Shown: positions 44,701 to 54,465 of the stretch, piece by piece
Numbering within the stretch: position 1 is the first letter of the stretch
Layout: each line of letters opens with the position of its first letter
Source of the DNA: Alphaproteobacteria bacterium
GTDB lineage: Bacteria > Pseudomonadota > Alphaproteobacteria > UBA9219
Direction of reading: 5' to 3'
Assembly (NCBI GenBank): GCA_031291435.1
Contig: JARLJC010000108.1
Span: forward strand, 6,852 to 70,851
Length of the DNA: 64,000 nucleotides
Made by a program: the position numbers and the translations under genes
Notes under the pieces: generated by a model
Told to the model about the DNA's origin: nothing
Database searches by the model: none
The model's input: only the letters and a program-made list of their open reading frames with translations

Positions 44701-46900
44701 CACTTTGTCCGGCAATATCACCACCACCGGCAATATGGCTTTGCGAAGCGGCGGCACCGTCAACGCCACCGGCGCGCTGACCGTCAATACGCTCGGCCTC
44801 GACGGCGCGGGCGGCGTCTTCAATCTCGACAATTCGGCGAACGTCGTCAGCAATCTTCTGACCACCGATTCGGTCGGCACGGTCGATTTCCTCGACAACC
44901 ATGCTCTCAATATTTCCGATACCTATCTGAACGAAGGCGCCAACGCCTGGAACAATCCGCCGGACGATAATGTCGGCTTTGCCGGCGTACATGCCAGCAA
45001 CCGCGTTTATATCAATGCGGCAGGCAATGTTACCATAGCTTCGGGTGATACGGTAACGGCGCAGGGTTCTTATACCGGTTCGGCCACCTACAGCAGCCCC
45101 GCCAACAAGAACGTGCAGGAAGCGGCCTCGGTGGTGCTGGTCTCGGGCGGCATCTTCACCAATAACGAGGGCAGCGACGCGATTTCGACCGCGGCCAGCA
45201 ACCGTTTCCTGGTTTACGCTTCGGCGCCCAAGAACAATACCAGCGGCAGCGGTTCGGGCGAGAACATGTCGTACGATTTCAAGATGTACGCCTTCGATTT
45301 CTACAACAGCGGCCACACCGGTAATGGCAATAACGGTTTCGATTACGACAATGGCGGTTTCGGCCGCAGCCTTCCCGCCAGCACCGTCGGCAGCGGCTTC
45401 ATCTATTCCAGCCAGCCGACTTTGACCGTCACGCCCAAGGCGCAGAGCGGCACCTACGGCAACAGCCCAAGCCTCAGCACAGTTTACAACACCGGTTATC
45501 AGCTGGGCGGTTTCGTCGACGGCGACAGCCAGAGCAACGATACCGGCACGCCCGCCTTCACCACGACGGCGACCAGCGCTTCGGCGGTCGGCACTTACGA
45601 TATTTCCTACACGGCGGCTACAGCGGGCGACGCCACTCACGGTCTCGTGCCCAAATATAACGGCGTCGTGATGGGCTACAGCGTCGTCAACAGCACGCGC
45701 GCCAATGGCTATACCGTCGGCCAACGTCCGATCACCGTCACCGCCACCGGCGGCCAGAGCATGGTTTATGGCGACAGCGTTCCGACGCTTGCTTACACCG
45801 TAAGCAGCGGCACACTCGTCAACACCGGCACCAGCGGCAATGGCAGCCTGTCGGGCAACCTCGCCACCAATGCCACGTCCGCGTCGAATGTCGGCAACGG
45901 CTACAACATTACGCAAGGCACGCTCGCCAATGCCAATTACCTTATCACGTATAACGGCACCACTTTCAGCATCACCAAGCGTCCGGTCACCATCACCGCC
46001 ACCGCCGATCAAAGCAAAATCGTCGGCACCGCCGATCCTGTCTTCACTTATTCGCCGTCTTATACCGGCAACGGCGGCAAACCCGCACTCGTCAACGGCA
46101 ATACATTCACGGGCCTTCTGACCCGCGACAGCGGCGAGCTGGTCGGCAGCTACAACATCAATCAGGGCAGTCTCGCTATTTCCGACGGGAACAGCGGCAA
46201 TAATTATCAAATCACCTATGTGACGAATCCGTTCAAGGTCAATCCGATTATCTCCGTTCCTGCCACAGACCCGCAAACCGGCGTCAACGGCACCGGATCG
46301 ACCGTGGCTGCGGATACGGCGGCGAACAATGTTGGCCCCGGCACCGGTTCCGGCACCATCACCACCAACGCCAACACACAACTGGTCTCCGATAACCAGA
46401 CGCATGCGCCCGCAACCGGCGGCATGACTCTGACATCGGGCGGCGGCACCGGCCCCGTTTCCGTCACGCAGTCTGGCCCCACCGTGACCTTCACCTTCCC
46501 CGCTGGCGCTACCGTGCCGCCGGTGCCGCCTGCCGCGCAATCGGGCCTGCCGCTGTTCGTCGCCGGCAGCGGGCAGGGCACCACTTACAGCCTGACGCAA
46601 AAAGGTTCGGCGCTCAGCGCCACCACGGTCGGCGCCGCGACAACGCCGCAACCCACCAACACCGTGTTCGCCAGCACACCCGCGCAGGCAAGCCTCACCC
46701 AATCCGACGGTTCCAGCCTGACGATTTCGGTGGGCATTTCCTCGACCGGGGTTTTGGTGGTAGAAGTTCCCGCCGGGTCGATATCCACCCTTGATCCTCA
46801 AACGACGATGCTGCTCGCCTGGACGGTTGCCAGCCAGAATTTCGGCGCTAATGTAGGAAGCATCACCTCCGTCGTGATTACCCCGGCTAAAGAATCCTGA
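41741..46900 (+). CDS. Two-partner-secretion exoprotein (TpsA, filamentous haemagglutinin family) with MBG-type repeats
   Basis: 1719 aa. Extended signal peptide. The TPS domain reads LPTGGQIVSGSGSI...VNQSS.KLVANWSSFDIG...VNFVQPS...ALNRI...LTANGKVILVNPNGIIFG. A beta-helix Gly/Asn/Thr-rich body follows. Three MBG-like units (...YGDSVPTLAYTV...NYLITYNGTTFSITKRPVTITAT...). Confidence 0.9.
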   Translation: MSHPFLPVCHRSPGQRQKIRPGRTGITLALGLMLGGAAHAAAPASNALPTGGQIVSGSGSISQTASSLTVNQSSDKLVANWSSFDIGSNASVNFVQPSATSVALNRISGGASQIFGHLTANGKVILVNPNGIIFGAGSRVDVGGLVASSLDMSDADFAAGNNHFAGSGTGPIVNNGTITVPAGSVVAMIAPQVSNNGTINASGGGVALAAGQDVTLDFTGDNLVSVTVSRAAFDALVENKGIIVADGGVAIMSAQSANALLETVVNNDGIVQANSLSDKNGRIILDGGDSGTVAVSGTLQADGTQAGQSGGTITATGNQVNVAATVVIDASGNAGGGTIKIGGGVRGQDASIANAKDVTVAAGAQIKANATDNGNGGTVTVWSDGKTDVSGAMQAKGGPNGGDGGYVETSGASLTLEKYLFVNTGAAKGSGGLWLLDPTTETYQTIGGTEASAIETALASGEVNDVTSGGIHITSSIVSGAGNKLTFQSANQILVDAVTVSTGGGALYFGGEAGGTSYATGAASGQAGVVLNGSTLNAGAGLLTIRGQGYTPGLLTGTGSLSANESAGIGVDFQGTVSLTGGTINVTGVGGTGQAVENTTATGPLVTGTGYFWSTNTHVGGNNGASASAGDGAVGVDVESGASVTVTGSTAATINATGGDGGDASIDNLGGSGSWGGNGAIGYYQQGAVAFNTPTATISASRGYSGYGSSPGYYVDEAVGPQCNGDCNYDAYDSGNGLYDAYGGGTEEYGTTPQISYNDGSGSDASYALYINGNLSNTNGVGSILNIEGNYDAYQNSGALTASHVMMEGLDSENPVFNFSQANNAIDMLASQSVGTLYFNDKDSGTQSLHIGTVSGVAGVNTASETNIQVQGGNGASASLIVDNGAGVAAGTYGTLTANTILFNSGDSSISGTYFAVRPYSTSQNFVMAAADPNAGGDLYIPVGNISKFNSSSLTFGDSADTGNVTVSSNADFGSTNMAFLTGSGGITLSGNITTTGNMALRSGGTVNATGALTVNTLGLDGAGGVFNLDNSANVVSNLLTTDSVGTVDFLDNHALNISDTYLNEGANAWNNPPDDNVGFAGVHASNRVYINAAGNVTIASGDTVTAQGSYTGSATYSSPANKNVQEAASVVLVSGGIFTNNEGSDAISTAASNRFLVYASAPKNNTSGSGSGENMSYDFKMYAFDFYNSGHTGNGNNGFDYDNGGFGRSLPASTVGSGFIYSSQPTLTVTPKAQSGTYGNSPSLSTVYNTGYQLGGFVDGDSQSNDTGTPAFTTTATSASAVGTYDISYTAATAGDATHGLVPKYNGVVMGYSVVNSTRANGYTVGQRPITVTATGGQSMVYGDSVPTLAYTVSSGTLVNTGTSGNGSLSGNLATNATSASNVGNGYNITQGTLANANYLITYNGTTFSITKRPVTITATADQSKIVGTADPVFTYSPSYTGNGGKPALVNGNTFTGLLTRDSGELVGSYNINQGSLAISDGNSGNNYQITYVTNPFKVNPIISVPATDPQTGVNGTGSTVAADTAANNVGPGTGSGTITTNANTQLVSDNQTHAPATGGMTLTSGGGTGPVSVTQSGPTVTFTFPAGATVPPVPPAAQSGLPLFVAGSGQGTTYSLTQKGSALSATTVGAATTPQPTNTVFASTPAQASLTQSDGSSLTISVGISSTGVLVVEVPAGSISTLDPQTTMLLAWTVASQNFGANVGSITSVVITPAKES

Positions 46901-46929
46901 GGCCGTTCAGATAAAAGGTCCCGCTTTTC

Positions 46930-48693
46930 ATGCTGACAACAAAACCGGTTTTTCGCTTCCACATCTCGCATCTCGCGATGATTGCAAGTCTGGCCGCGGC
47001 GCCCGCTTTCGCCGCGCCCGCCGATAACCTTCCTGGCGCCGGGCAATTGCTCAACCAACAGCAGCAGCTGCGCCAGCAATTACCGCAACGTCTGCCGCAG
47101 GGCGAAGGCGAGGCGCAGGCGCCAGCCGTCAGTCCCCAGGCCGGGCCGCAGGTTCTGGTGCAGGATTTCCATTTCACCGGTGCCGACGGCCTTGCCGGCG
47201 ACGCCGATCTGCAGGCGGTGGTGGCGTCTTCGGTCGGGCAGAAGCTCAATTTCGCGCAATTACAGGCGGTGGCGGCCCGCGTCACCGATTATCTGAAACA
47301 GAAGGGCTGGCCTTTGGCGCACGCCTATCTGCCAAAGCAGGATGTCACCGACGGCCATATCGAAATCGCCATCCTGCAGGGTCATGTCGAAAGCAAGGGC
47401 GCGACCATCGTGGCCCATGACGATGTGCGCCTGTCGCCCGACATCATCAAGGGTACGGTCGATGGCGCGCTGCCCGGCGGCGCGCAGTCGCCGAGCCAGG
47501 AAGATCTCGAGCGCGGCGTATTGTTGCTGAACGACATGCCCGGTATGTCGGCCCATTCGACGCTGGAACGCGGCAGCGAACCCGAATCCACCCGCGTCGT
47601 CGTCGATACCAGCGAAGGCCCGTGGGTCAGCGGCTCATTATCCGCCGACAATTACGGCAACCGCTATACCGGCGCGCCGCAGCTTAATCCCGAGGCCAGC
47701 CTCAACGATCCGCTCGGCATCGGCGATCAGTTGACCGCGGGCGGCACCGCTTCGACCACCGGCGGCCTCGAACTTTTTCAGGCCGGCTACAGCCTGCCCA
47801 TCGGTGTTGACGGGTTGCGCTTCGCCGCCAGTTACGATCATCTGAAATATACGCTCGACCCCTCGATGGCGGGAACCGACGCCAACGGTACCGCGCAGAC
47901 TATCGATGCGAAATTGACCTATCCCCTGATCCGCACCCGCGCCACCAGCGTGTGGGGCGGCGTCGAATATTCCTATAAAACGCTGATGGATAACGTCGCG
48001 GGCACCACTATCAGCAACCGCACGATCCATGACGGCAGCGTCAACATCACCGCCACCGACAATGACGATTTCGGCGGCGGCGGCATGAACACTTTGCTGC
48101 TGTCGGCCACCACCGGCAATCTCGACCGCGGCGCGGTCGCTTCCGATCTGCAAACCGACAGCACCACAGCGCACAGCAATGGCCGGTTTGAAAAAGCCAC
48201 CGGCTCGGTCGCGCGTCTGCAGCATCTGACCGACGATTTCTCGTTCTTCGGCGCGGTGCGTGGGCAATTGGCCGATAAAAATCTCGATTCGTCCGAGAAA
48301 TTCATCCTCGGCGGCCCCACCGGCGTGCGCGCTTATCCCATCGGCGAAGGCACCGGCGACGAAGGCTGGGTCAGCAATCTCGAAGTGCGTTACGACGTGC
48401 CGCAGGAATTACCGATCGGCAAATTGCAGCTGATCGCGTTCGGCGACGCGGGCGGCGTGTGGCTGAACCATGATGCGTGGAGCGGCGCCGTCGATACCGC
48501 CACCGACAAGAACACTTATATGCTGGCGGGTGCCGGCATCGGGGCCAACCTGACGATGGCCGATGCCTATACCGTGCGCGCCTCCTGGGCGATCGCCATC
48601 GGCGATAATCCGGGCCGCAGCACGACCGGCGAGAACAGCGACGGCCTCAATCGCGGCAACGCTTTCTGGCTGCAGGCCGCCGCGCAGTTTTAA
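46930..48693 (+). CDS. TpsB outer-membrane transporter (ShlB/FhaC/HecB family)
   Basis: 587 aa. Signal peptide ...AAPAFA|AP, a POTRA region, a beta-barrel and the aromatic terminus ...WLQAAAQF. 29 nt after tpsA. Confidence 0.88.
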   Translation: MLTTKPVFRFHISHLAMIASLAAAPAFAAPADNLPGAGQLLNQQQQLRQQLPQRLPQGEGEAQAPAVSPQAGPQVLVQDFHFTGADGLAGDADLQAVVASSVGQKLNFAQLQAVAARVTDYLKQKGWPLAHAYLPKQDVTDGHIEIAILQGHVESKGATIVAHDDVRLSPDIIKGTVDGALPGGAQSPSQEDLERGVLLLNDMPGMSAHSTLERGSEPESTRVVVDTSEGPWVSGSLSADNYGNRYTGAPQLNPEASLNDPLGIGDQLTAGGTASTTGGLELFQAGYSLPIGVDGLRFAASYDHLKYTLDPSMAGTDANGTAQTIDAKLTYPLIRTRATSVWGGVEYSYKTLMDNVAGTTISNRTIHDGSVNITATDNDDFGGGGMNTLLLSATTGNLDRGAVASDLQTDSTTAHSNGRFEKATGSVARLQHLTDDFSFFGAVRGQLADKNLDSSEKFILGGPTGVRAYPIGEGTGDEGWVSNLEVRYDVPQELPIGKLQLIAFGDAGGVWLNHDAWSGAVDTATDKNTYMLAGAGIGANLTMADAYTVRASWAIAIGDNPGRSTTGENSDGLNRGNAFWLQAAAQF

Positions 48694-48914
48694 GCGAATT
48701 GATTATGAATCGGGTGGTGGCATACGTCTGTATCGCCTGACGACGAAATGTTGTGTATGGCCGCGCGCCGCCATAAATTGAGGGCGGTGTTTGACAACGT
48801 TTCTCTCTCCCGCAATCCCAAAAACATGCCGAGAGTCGATGGCAACCGAGGGCTCGTTCCGTTCCGCGCCGTTTTTCGCATGGCACGGCTTGCCTGGCGC
48901 CCGGAGAAAAACCG

Positions 48915-50147
48915 ATGATGCAAAGGCTGCGGGATTTTTTTGATTCCGACAATTTCATGCCGCACGGGCATTGTTTCCTGTGGCAGCCCGATATTTTGTG
49001 GCTGCATATCCTGTCGGATGCAATGATCGTCTCCGCCTATTATTCCATTCCCGGCGCGCTGCTTTATTTCGTGTGGAAACGAAAAGACCTGCCGTTCGGC
49101 ATCATTCTCTGGCTGTTCGGGGCTTTCATTCTTTTGTGCGGAACCACCCATTTGATGAGTATATGGGTGCTGTGGCATCCCGATTATGCGATCGAGGGCC
49201 TGTTTAAAGCCGCGACCGGCATCGTTTCCATCATCACTTTTTTCGTCACCGTGCGCCTTATCCCGCACGCGCTGCAACTGGCCAGCCCGGCGCAACTGGC
49301 GGCGCTGAACGAGACGCTGCGGCAGAATATCAGCGAGCGCGAAATTGCGCAGCAAGATCTGCAGCGCGCCTATCGCGAGATGGAAAAGAAAGTCGAGGAA
49401 CGCACCGCCGCCCTCAACGCGTCGCTCGAGCAGCTTTCCAAGTCGAATGACGAGCTCGACGAATTCGCCCATATCGTTTCCCACGATCTTAAGGAACCTT
49501 TGCGCGGCCTGCATAACAACGCTCTTTTTCTCCTCGATGATTATAAGGACAAACTCGATGCCAAAGGCGCCGGCTATCTTGACCGGCTGGTTCATCTTTC
49601 CGACCGCATGCAGAATCTGATCGAAGATCTTCTGTATTTCTCCCGCCTTGGCCATGCCGAGCTCGCGATACAGGAGACGGATCCCAATCTTGTCGTCGAT
49701 GAGATCGGGCAAATGATGGAATCTTTCCTCAAGGAACATAACGCCCGTATCGTCGTGCCGCGCCCGATGCCGCATGTCGTATGCGACAAACCGCGCATAA
49801 CGGAAGTTTTTCGCAACCTTATCACCAACGCCGTCAAATATAACGACAAGCCGGAACGGCTGGTGGAAGTGGGATTTCTAAAAAGTATGGACACGCCCCA
49901 GGGGCCCGCGCGCGACGTCTTTTATGTGCGCGACAACGGGATCGGCATCGATCCCCAGTTTCACGAAGAAATTTTCGGCATCTTTAAACGGCTCGATGCC
50001 GCCAGCGAAGATAAGGGCACCGGCGTGGGGCTGACATTCGTCCGCAGGATCATCACGCGCCACGGCGGACGCGTATGGGTGGAATCCGCTCCGGGCAAGG
50101 GCTCCACTTTCTATTTTGTCTTCTCGCAGAAGCCCGTGAAACCATGA
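48915..50147 (+). CDS. Histidine kinase with an N-terminal ETR1-like (ethylene-binding-domain-like) membrane module
   Basis: 410 aa. LSDAMIVSAYYSIPGALLYFVWKRKDLPFGIILWLFGAFILLCGTTHLMSIWVL parallels ETR1 [54 protein letters not shown], including the Cu-ligand Cys and His. A coiled coil, H-box SHDLKEPLRGL and HATPase_c follow. Confidence 0.75.
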   Translation: MMQRLRDFFDSDNFMPHGHCFLWQPDILWLHILSDAMIVSAYYSIPGALLYFVWKRKDLPFGIILWLFGAFILLCGTTHLMSIWVLWHPDYAIEGLFKAATGIVSIITFFVTVRLIPHALQLASPAQLAALNETLRQNISEREIAQQDLQRAYREMEKKVEERTAALNASLEQLSKSNDELDEFAHIVSHDLKEPLRGLHNNALFLLDDYKDKLDAKGAGYLDRLVHLSDRMQNLIEDLLYFSRLGHAELAIQETDPNLVVDEIGQMMESFLKEHNARIVVPRPMPHVVCDKPRITEVFRNLITNAVKYNDKPERLVEVGFLKSMDTPQGPARDVFYVRDNGIGIDPQFHEEIFGIFKRLDAASEDKGTGVGLTFVRRIITRHGGRVWVESAPGKGSTFYFVFSQKPVKP

Positions 50148-50188
50148 TCCGGTGGATTTAGGGGGCGGTATTCGTCTAGACTGGCCGG

Positions 50189-52372
50189 ATGGAACATTCG
50201 CCTCACCCCCATGATTGTTGCGCTACGCATCAGACGGTAACCGCGGTTGCCCCCGACGAGGCCGCTATCTATACATGCCCCATGCATCCGCAGGTGCGGC
50301 AAGCGGGGCCGGGACATTGCCCGATTTGCGGCATGACGCTGGAGCCGGTGGCGCTGGCCCTATCCGATCAGCCCGATCCTGAGCTTGCCAGTATGACCCG
50401 CCGCCTGTGGGTCGCCGTTATTCTGTCGGTGCCGCTGGTGGCCAAGGTTATGGGCGGGCATCTCGCCGCCCCCATGGATCAGACTATGGGCGGCGATGCC
50501 GGGCGCTGGTTTCAGCTCGCTCTGGCGACGCCGGTTGTCCTGTGGTGCGCGTGGCCTTTTTTCGCGCGCGGCTGGCAATCGATCGTCAATCGCAACCTCA
50601 ATATGTTCACGCTGATCGCGCTCGGCGTCGGCATGGCCTATGGCTACAGCCTCGCCGTTACTTTGTTTCCGGACTGGTTCCGGGCTTTTACCGGCGGCGG
50701 CGACATGCCGGACGTCTATTTTGAATCGGCCTCCGTCATCACGGCTCTGGTGCTGCTGGGGCAGGTGCTGGAATTGCGGGCGCGGTCGCAGACCAACAGC
50801 GCTTTACGGGCTTTGTTCGATCTGGCGCCCAAGATGGCGCGCCTGATCGCCGGCGACGGCAGCGAAAGCGATGTCGCGGTCAGCGACGTGAAGGCAGGCG
50901 ATCTGTTGCGGGTTCGCCCCGGCGAGAAAATTCCCGTCGACGGGGCGGTGACCGAGGGCGCGAGTTTCGTCGATCAGTCGATGCTGACCGGCGAATCCAT
51001 GCCGGTCGAGAAAAAGCCTGGCGACAAAGTGACCGGCGCGACGCTGAACGGCGCGGGCGGGTTCGTGATGCGCGCCGAACGGGTCGGCCTCGACACCATG
51101 CTGTCGCAGATCGTGGCGATGGTGGCGAAGGCGCAGCGCAGCCGCGCGCCGATTCAGCGCATGGCCGATATCGTCTCCGGCTATTTCGTGCCCGCTGTGG
51201 TCGCCGCCGCCATCCTGACCGCCGCCGCATGGGGATTGTTCGGGCCGTCGCCCCGCATGGCCCATGCGGTTCTGAACGCCATCGCCGTGCTTATCATCGC
51301 CTGCCCCTGCGCGCTCGGCCTCGCCACGCCGATGTCGATCATGGCGGGGACAGGGCGGGCGGCGCGCGCCGGTATCCTGATCCGCGACGCGGCGGCGCTC
51401 GAAACTTTCGAAAAGGTCGATACGCTGGTGATCGACAAGACCGGCACCCTGACTGAGGGCAAACCCAAGCTGATCGACCTCGTGACCGTGGGGGGATTCG
51501 ATATCCTGACCCTGCTGCGCCTTGCCGCAAGCATCGAGCGCGGCAGCGAGCACCCGTTGGCCGCCGCCATCACGCGCGGCGCCGCTGACAGGAGGGTGCA
51601 GGTGATGGAGGTTAAGGATTTCCAGTCCCTCACCGGCAAGGGCGTTACCGGTGTGGTCGAGGGCGCGCCTGTGGCGCTCGGCAACGCGGCCCTGATGCAG
51701 GCGATGAATGTCGATATCGAAGAGCTTGAAAAGCTTGCTCTTCCTTACCGCGACGCGGGGCAGACCGCCATGCTGCTGGCGGTCGATGGATTGCCTGCGG
51801 GGCTGATCGTGGTCGCCGATCCGGTCAAGGAAACGACGCCCGAAGCGATCCGGCTCCTGCGGCAGGAGGGGCTGCGCATCGTCATGCTGACCGGCGATAA
51901 TCGGGCCACGGCGCGGGCGGTGGCCAAAAAACTCGGCATCGACGAGGTCGAAGCCGATATGCTGCCCGCCCGCAAGGCCGAGATTATCGAGGCGCTGCAG
52001 AAGGCAGGGCGCAAGGTGGCGATGGCCGGCGACGGGGTCAATGACGCGCCCGCTCTGGCCGCCGCCGAGATCGGCATCGCGATGGGCAACGGCACCGATG
52101 TCGCGATGGAAAGTGCTGGCATCACCCTTATCAAAGGCGATCTGATGGGCATCGTGCGGGCGCGGCGGCTGAGCCGCGCGGTGATGGGCAATATCCGGCA
52201 GAATTTGTTCTTCGCCTTCGTCTATAACGTGCTGGGCGTGCCGGTGGCGGCGGGCGCGCTCTATCCGTTTTTCGGAATCCTGCTCAGCCCCATCATCGCC
52301 AGCGCGGCGATGGCGTTCAGCTCGGTATCGGTGATTAGCAACGCGCTGCGGCTGCGGCGAACGGAACTTTAA
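50189..52372 (+). CDS. copA: Copper-translocating P1B-type ATPase
   Basis: 727 aa. The N-terminal metal-binding module is [27 protein letters not shown] motif (IACPCALG), [15 protein letters not shown]. Confidence 0.9.
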   Translation: MEHSPHPHDCCATHQTVTAVAPDEAAIYTCPMHPQVRQAGPGHCPICGMTLEPVALALSDQPDPELASMTRRLWVAVILSVPLVAKVMGGHLAAPMDQTMGGDAGRWFQLALATPVVLWCAWPFFARGWQSIVNRNLNMFTLIALGVGMAYGYSLAVTLFPDWFRAFTGGGDMPDVYFESASVITALVLLGQVLELRARSQTNSALRALFDLAPKMARLIAGDGSESDVAVSDVKAGDLLRVRPGEKIPVDGAVTEGASFVDQSMLTGESMPVEKKPGDKVTGATLNGAGGFVMRAERVGLDTMLSQIVAMVAKAQRSRAPIQRMADIVSGYFVPAVVAAAILTAAAWGLFGPSPRMAHAVLNAIAVLIIACPCALGLATPMSIMAGTGRAARAGILIRDAAALETFEKVDTLVIDKTGTLTEGKPKLIDLVTVGGFDILTLLRLAASIERGSEHPLAAAITRGAADRRVQVMEVKDFQSLTGKGVTGVVEGAPVALGNAALMQAMNVDIEELEKLALPYRDAGQTAMLLAVDGLPAGLIVVADPVKETTPEAIRLLRQEGLRIVMLTGDNRATARAVAKKLGIDEVEADMLPARKAEIIEALQKAGRKVAMAGDGVNDAPALAAAEIGIAMGNGTDVAMESAGITLIKGDLMGIVRARRLSRAVMGNIRQNLFFAFVYNVLGVPVAAGALYPFFGILLSPIIASAAMAFSSVSVISNALRLRRTEL

Positions 52373-52387
52373 GACAGCGACGTTCCC

Positions 52388-53524
52388 TTAATCCAGCGTT
52401 TGGCGGTAACGCTTCAGCGCAATGCCGCACATCACCAGAAGGAACAGCAGCATCGGCCAGATATTCGGCAGGATGTCGGCCACGCCATTACCCTTGAGGA
52501 CGATGCCGCGAATGATGCGCAAGGCGTAAGTGAGCGGGAATATGTTGCCGATAGCCTCCGCCCAATGCGGCATGCCGCGGAACGGATACATAAAGCCCGA
52601 CAGCAGCATCGCGGGCAGGAAATAGAAAGTCGCCATCTGCATCGCCTGTAACTGATTGCGGGCGAAAGTCGAGACGGTAAAGCCGATGGAAAGATTGGCG
52701 GCGATATAGACGCTGAGCGCCAATGAGAGCAGCAGCGGACTTCCGACGATGGGAATATTGAAGAGAATCTTGGCGACCACGAGGATAACCAGCACCTGCA
52801 TATAACCGATGATGATGAAGGGCGCGATTTTGCCGATCATCACTTCGATAGGCCGCGCGGGCGTGGCGAGAAGCGATTCCAGCGTGCCGCGTTCGCGCTC
52901 GCGCGTCATGGCGATGGCGGTCATGACGATAAGCGTCATGTTCAGAACCATGCCGATCATCCCCGGCACGATGTTATAGGAGGTGATGCCTTCGGGATTA
53001 TAGCGGTTATGCACGCGGATTTCGAAAGGCGGCAGGCGCGGTGCGAGGTCAGGCGAGGCGTCCGACAGATCGCGCGTCAGCGCCGTCATGTTGATGTGGC
53101 TGAGCGAGGCGATGGCGGGCCCGGTGGCGACGGGGTCGGTGGCGTCGGCCTCGACCAGCAAGGCGGGCCGCTCGCCGCGCAGAAGATCATGTGCGAAATT
53201 GGCGGGGAAACGCACGATGAACTGCACCTTGCCGCGCGCGATCAGTTTCTCGGCTTCGGCCTCGCTGGCGGGATAATCGGTGATCCGGAAATAGCCGGTA
53301 TTTTCCATGGCGGCGGTGATGCTGCGGACATAAGGCGACTGATCCGCCGTTATCATCGCGGTCGGCAGCAGCTTGGGGTCGGAATTGATGGCATAGCCGA
53401 ACAAAACCAGCTGCACGATGGGAACGATGAAAATCATGCCGAAGGTGGGGCGGTCGCGCAGAATCTGGATGAATTCCTTGGTCACGATCGCGCGGAGGCG
53501 CGTGGGGGAGAAGGATAAGTTCAT
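52388..53524 (-). CDS. ABC-2 type transporter permease
   Basis: 378 aa with an N-terminal TM, a large extracytoplasmic loop and a C-terminal 5-TM ABC-2 core. 4-nt overlap with the ATPase gene. Confidence 0.85.
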   Translation of the reverse strand: MNLSFSPTRLRAIVTKEFIQILRDRPTFGMIFIVPIVQLVLFGYAINSDPKLLPTAMITADQSPYVRSITAAMENTGYFRITDYPASEAEAEKLIARGKVQFIVRFPANFAHDLLRGERPALLVEADATDPVATGPAIASLSHINMTALTRDLSDASPDLAPRLPPFEIRVHNRYNPEGITSYNIVPGMIGMVLNMTLIVMTAIAMTRERERGTLESLLATPARPIEVMIGKIAPFIIIGYMQVLVILVVAKILFNIPIVGSPLLLSLALSVYIAANLSIGFTVSTFARNQLQAMQMATFYFLPAMLLSGFMYPFRGMPHWAEAIGNIFPLTYALRIIRGIVLKGNGVADILPNIWPMLLFLLVMCGIALKRYRQTLD

Positions 53525-54465
53525 TGCTCGGCCCCCAGATTGGCCTTTGTCATCGTATGGATGAAAATATCTTCCAGCGTCGGCGTCATCGGTTCGGCTT
53601 TCGCGCCCTGCTGCGCCGTGATTTCGGTGACGGTGGCGGACAAGGCCGACGCGTCTGTCCCCGCGACATGCAGTTCGGCGCCGAAACTCGAAACCATCTC
53701 GACGCCCGGACGGCCTTCGAGCCGTTTTTTCAGCCCGACCGGATCATCGGTGGCGATGCGCCATGTCACCAGACCCGATTGCGCGATGATATCCGCCGCG
53801 CGCCCATGCACCAGAAGCCGCCCATTGAGCAGATAGCCGATCATATGGCAGCGTTCCGCTTCGTCCATATAATGCGTGCTGGCGAGAATGGTGACGCCCT
53901 GCGCCGCGAAAGCGTGGATTTCGTCCCAGAATTCGCGCCGCGCCTTGGGATCGACGCCCGCCGTCGCCTCGTCGAGCAGCAAAAGCCGCGGCGCGTGCAG
54001 AATGCAGGAGGCCAGCGACAATCTTTGTTTCCATCCGCCCGATAATTCCCCTGCCAGCTGGTTCTGCCTTTGTTCGAGGCCGAGGCGATGCAGCGCATCC
54101 TGCGCGGTTTTGGCGGGGGCGGGCATTTCATAAAGCCGCGCCACGAATTCGAGATTCTCGCGTATCGTCAGATCTTCATACAGGCCGAATTTCTGCGGCA
54201 TATAGCCGGTCTGCCTTTTGATGAGCGCCGACTGCGTGCGGATATTGTAGCCGAGGCAGGTGCCTTCGCCGCCATCGGGCGTCAGAAGGCCGCACAGCAT
54301 GCGGATGGTGGTGGTCTTGCCGGTGCCGTTGGGGCCGAGAAAGCCGTAGATGGTGCCGTAAGGCACGTCGATGGAACAATCATGCACGACTTCGCGCCCG
54401 GCGAATTTTTTGGTCAGCCCATGAACGGAAATCGCAAGTCCGGCGGGGGCGGCTGGCGCGGTCAT
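53521..54465 (-). CDS. ABC transporter ATP-binding protein
   Basis: 314 aa. Walker A GPNGTGKTT, signature LSGGWKQRL, Walker B LLLLDEAT. Confidence 0.9.
   Translation of the reverse strand: MTAPAAPAGLAISVHGLTKKFAGREVVHDCSIDVPYGTIYGFLGPNGTGKTTTIRMLCGLLTPDGGEGTCLGYNIRTQSALIKRQTGYMPQKFGLYEDLTIRENLEFVARLYEMPAPAKTAQDALHRLGLEQRQNQLAGELSGGWKQRLSLASCILHAPRLLLLDEATAGVDPKARREFWDEIHAFAAQGVTILASTHYMDEAERCHMIGYLLNGRLLVHGRAADIIAQSGLVTWRIATDDPVGLKKRLEGRPGVEMVSSFGAELHVAGTDASALSATVTEITAQQGAKAEPMTPTLEDIFIHTMTKANLGAEQ

Noticed and set aside
44594-46801. 735-aa minus-strand ORF inside tpsA, plus 41552-42835 and 42887-43594
   Set aside because: These are Arg/Gly/Ala-rich shadow ORFs, typical of high-GC DNA. The plus strand carries an unambiguous TPS domain and a continuous 1719-aa frame.
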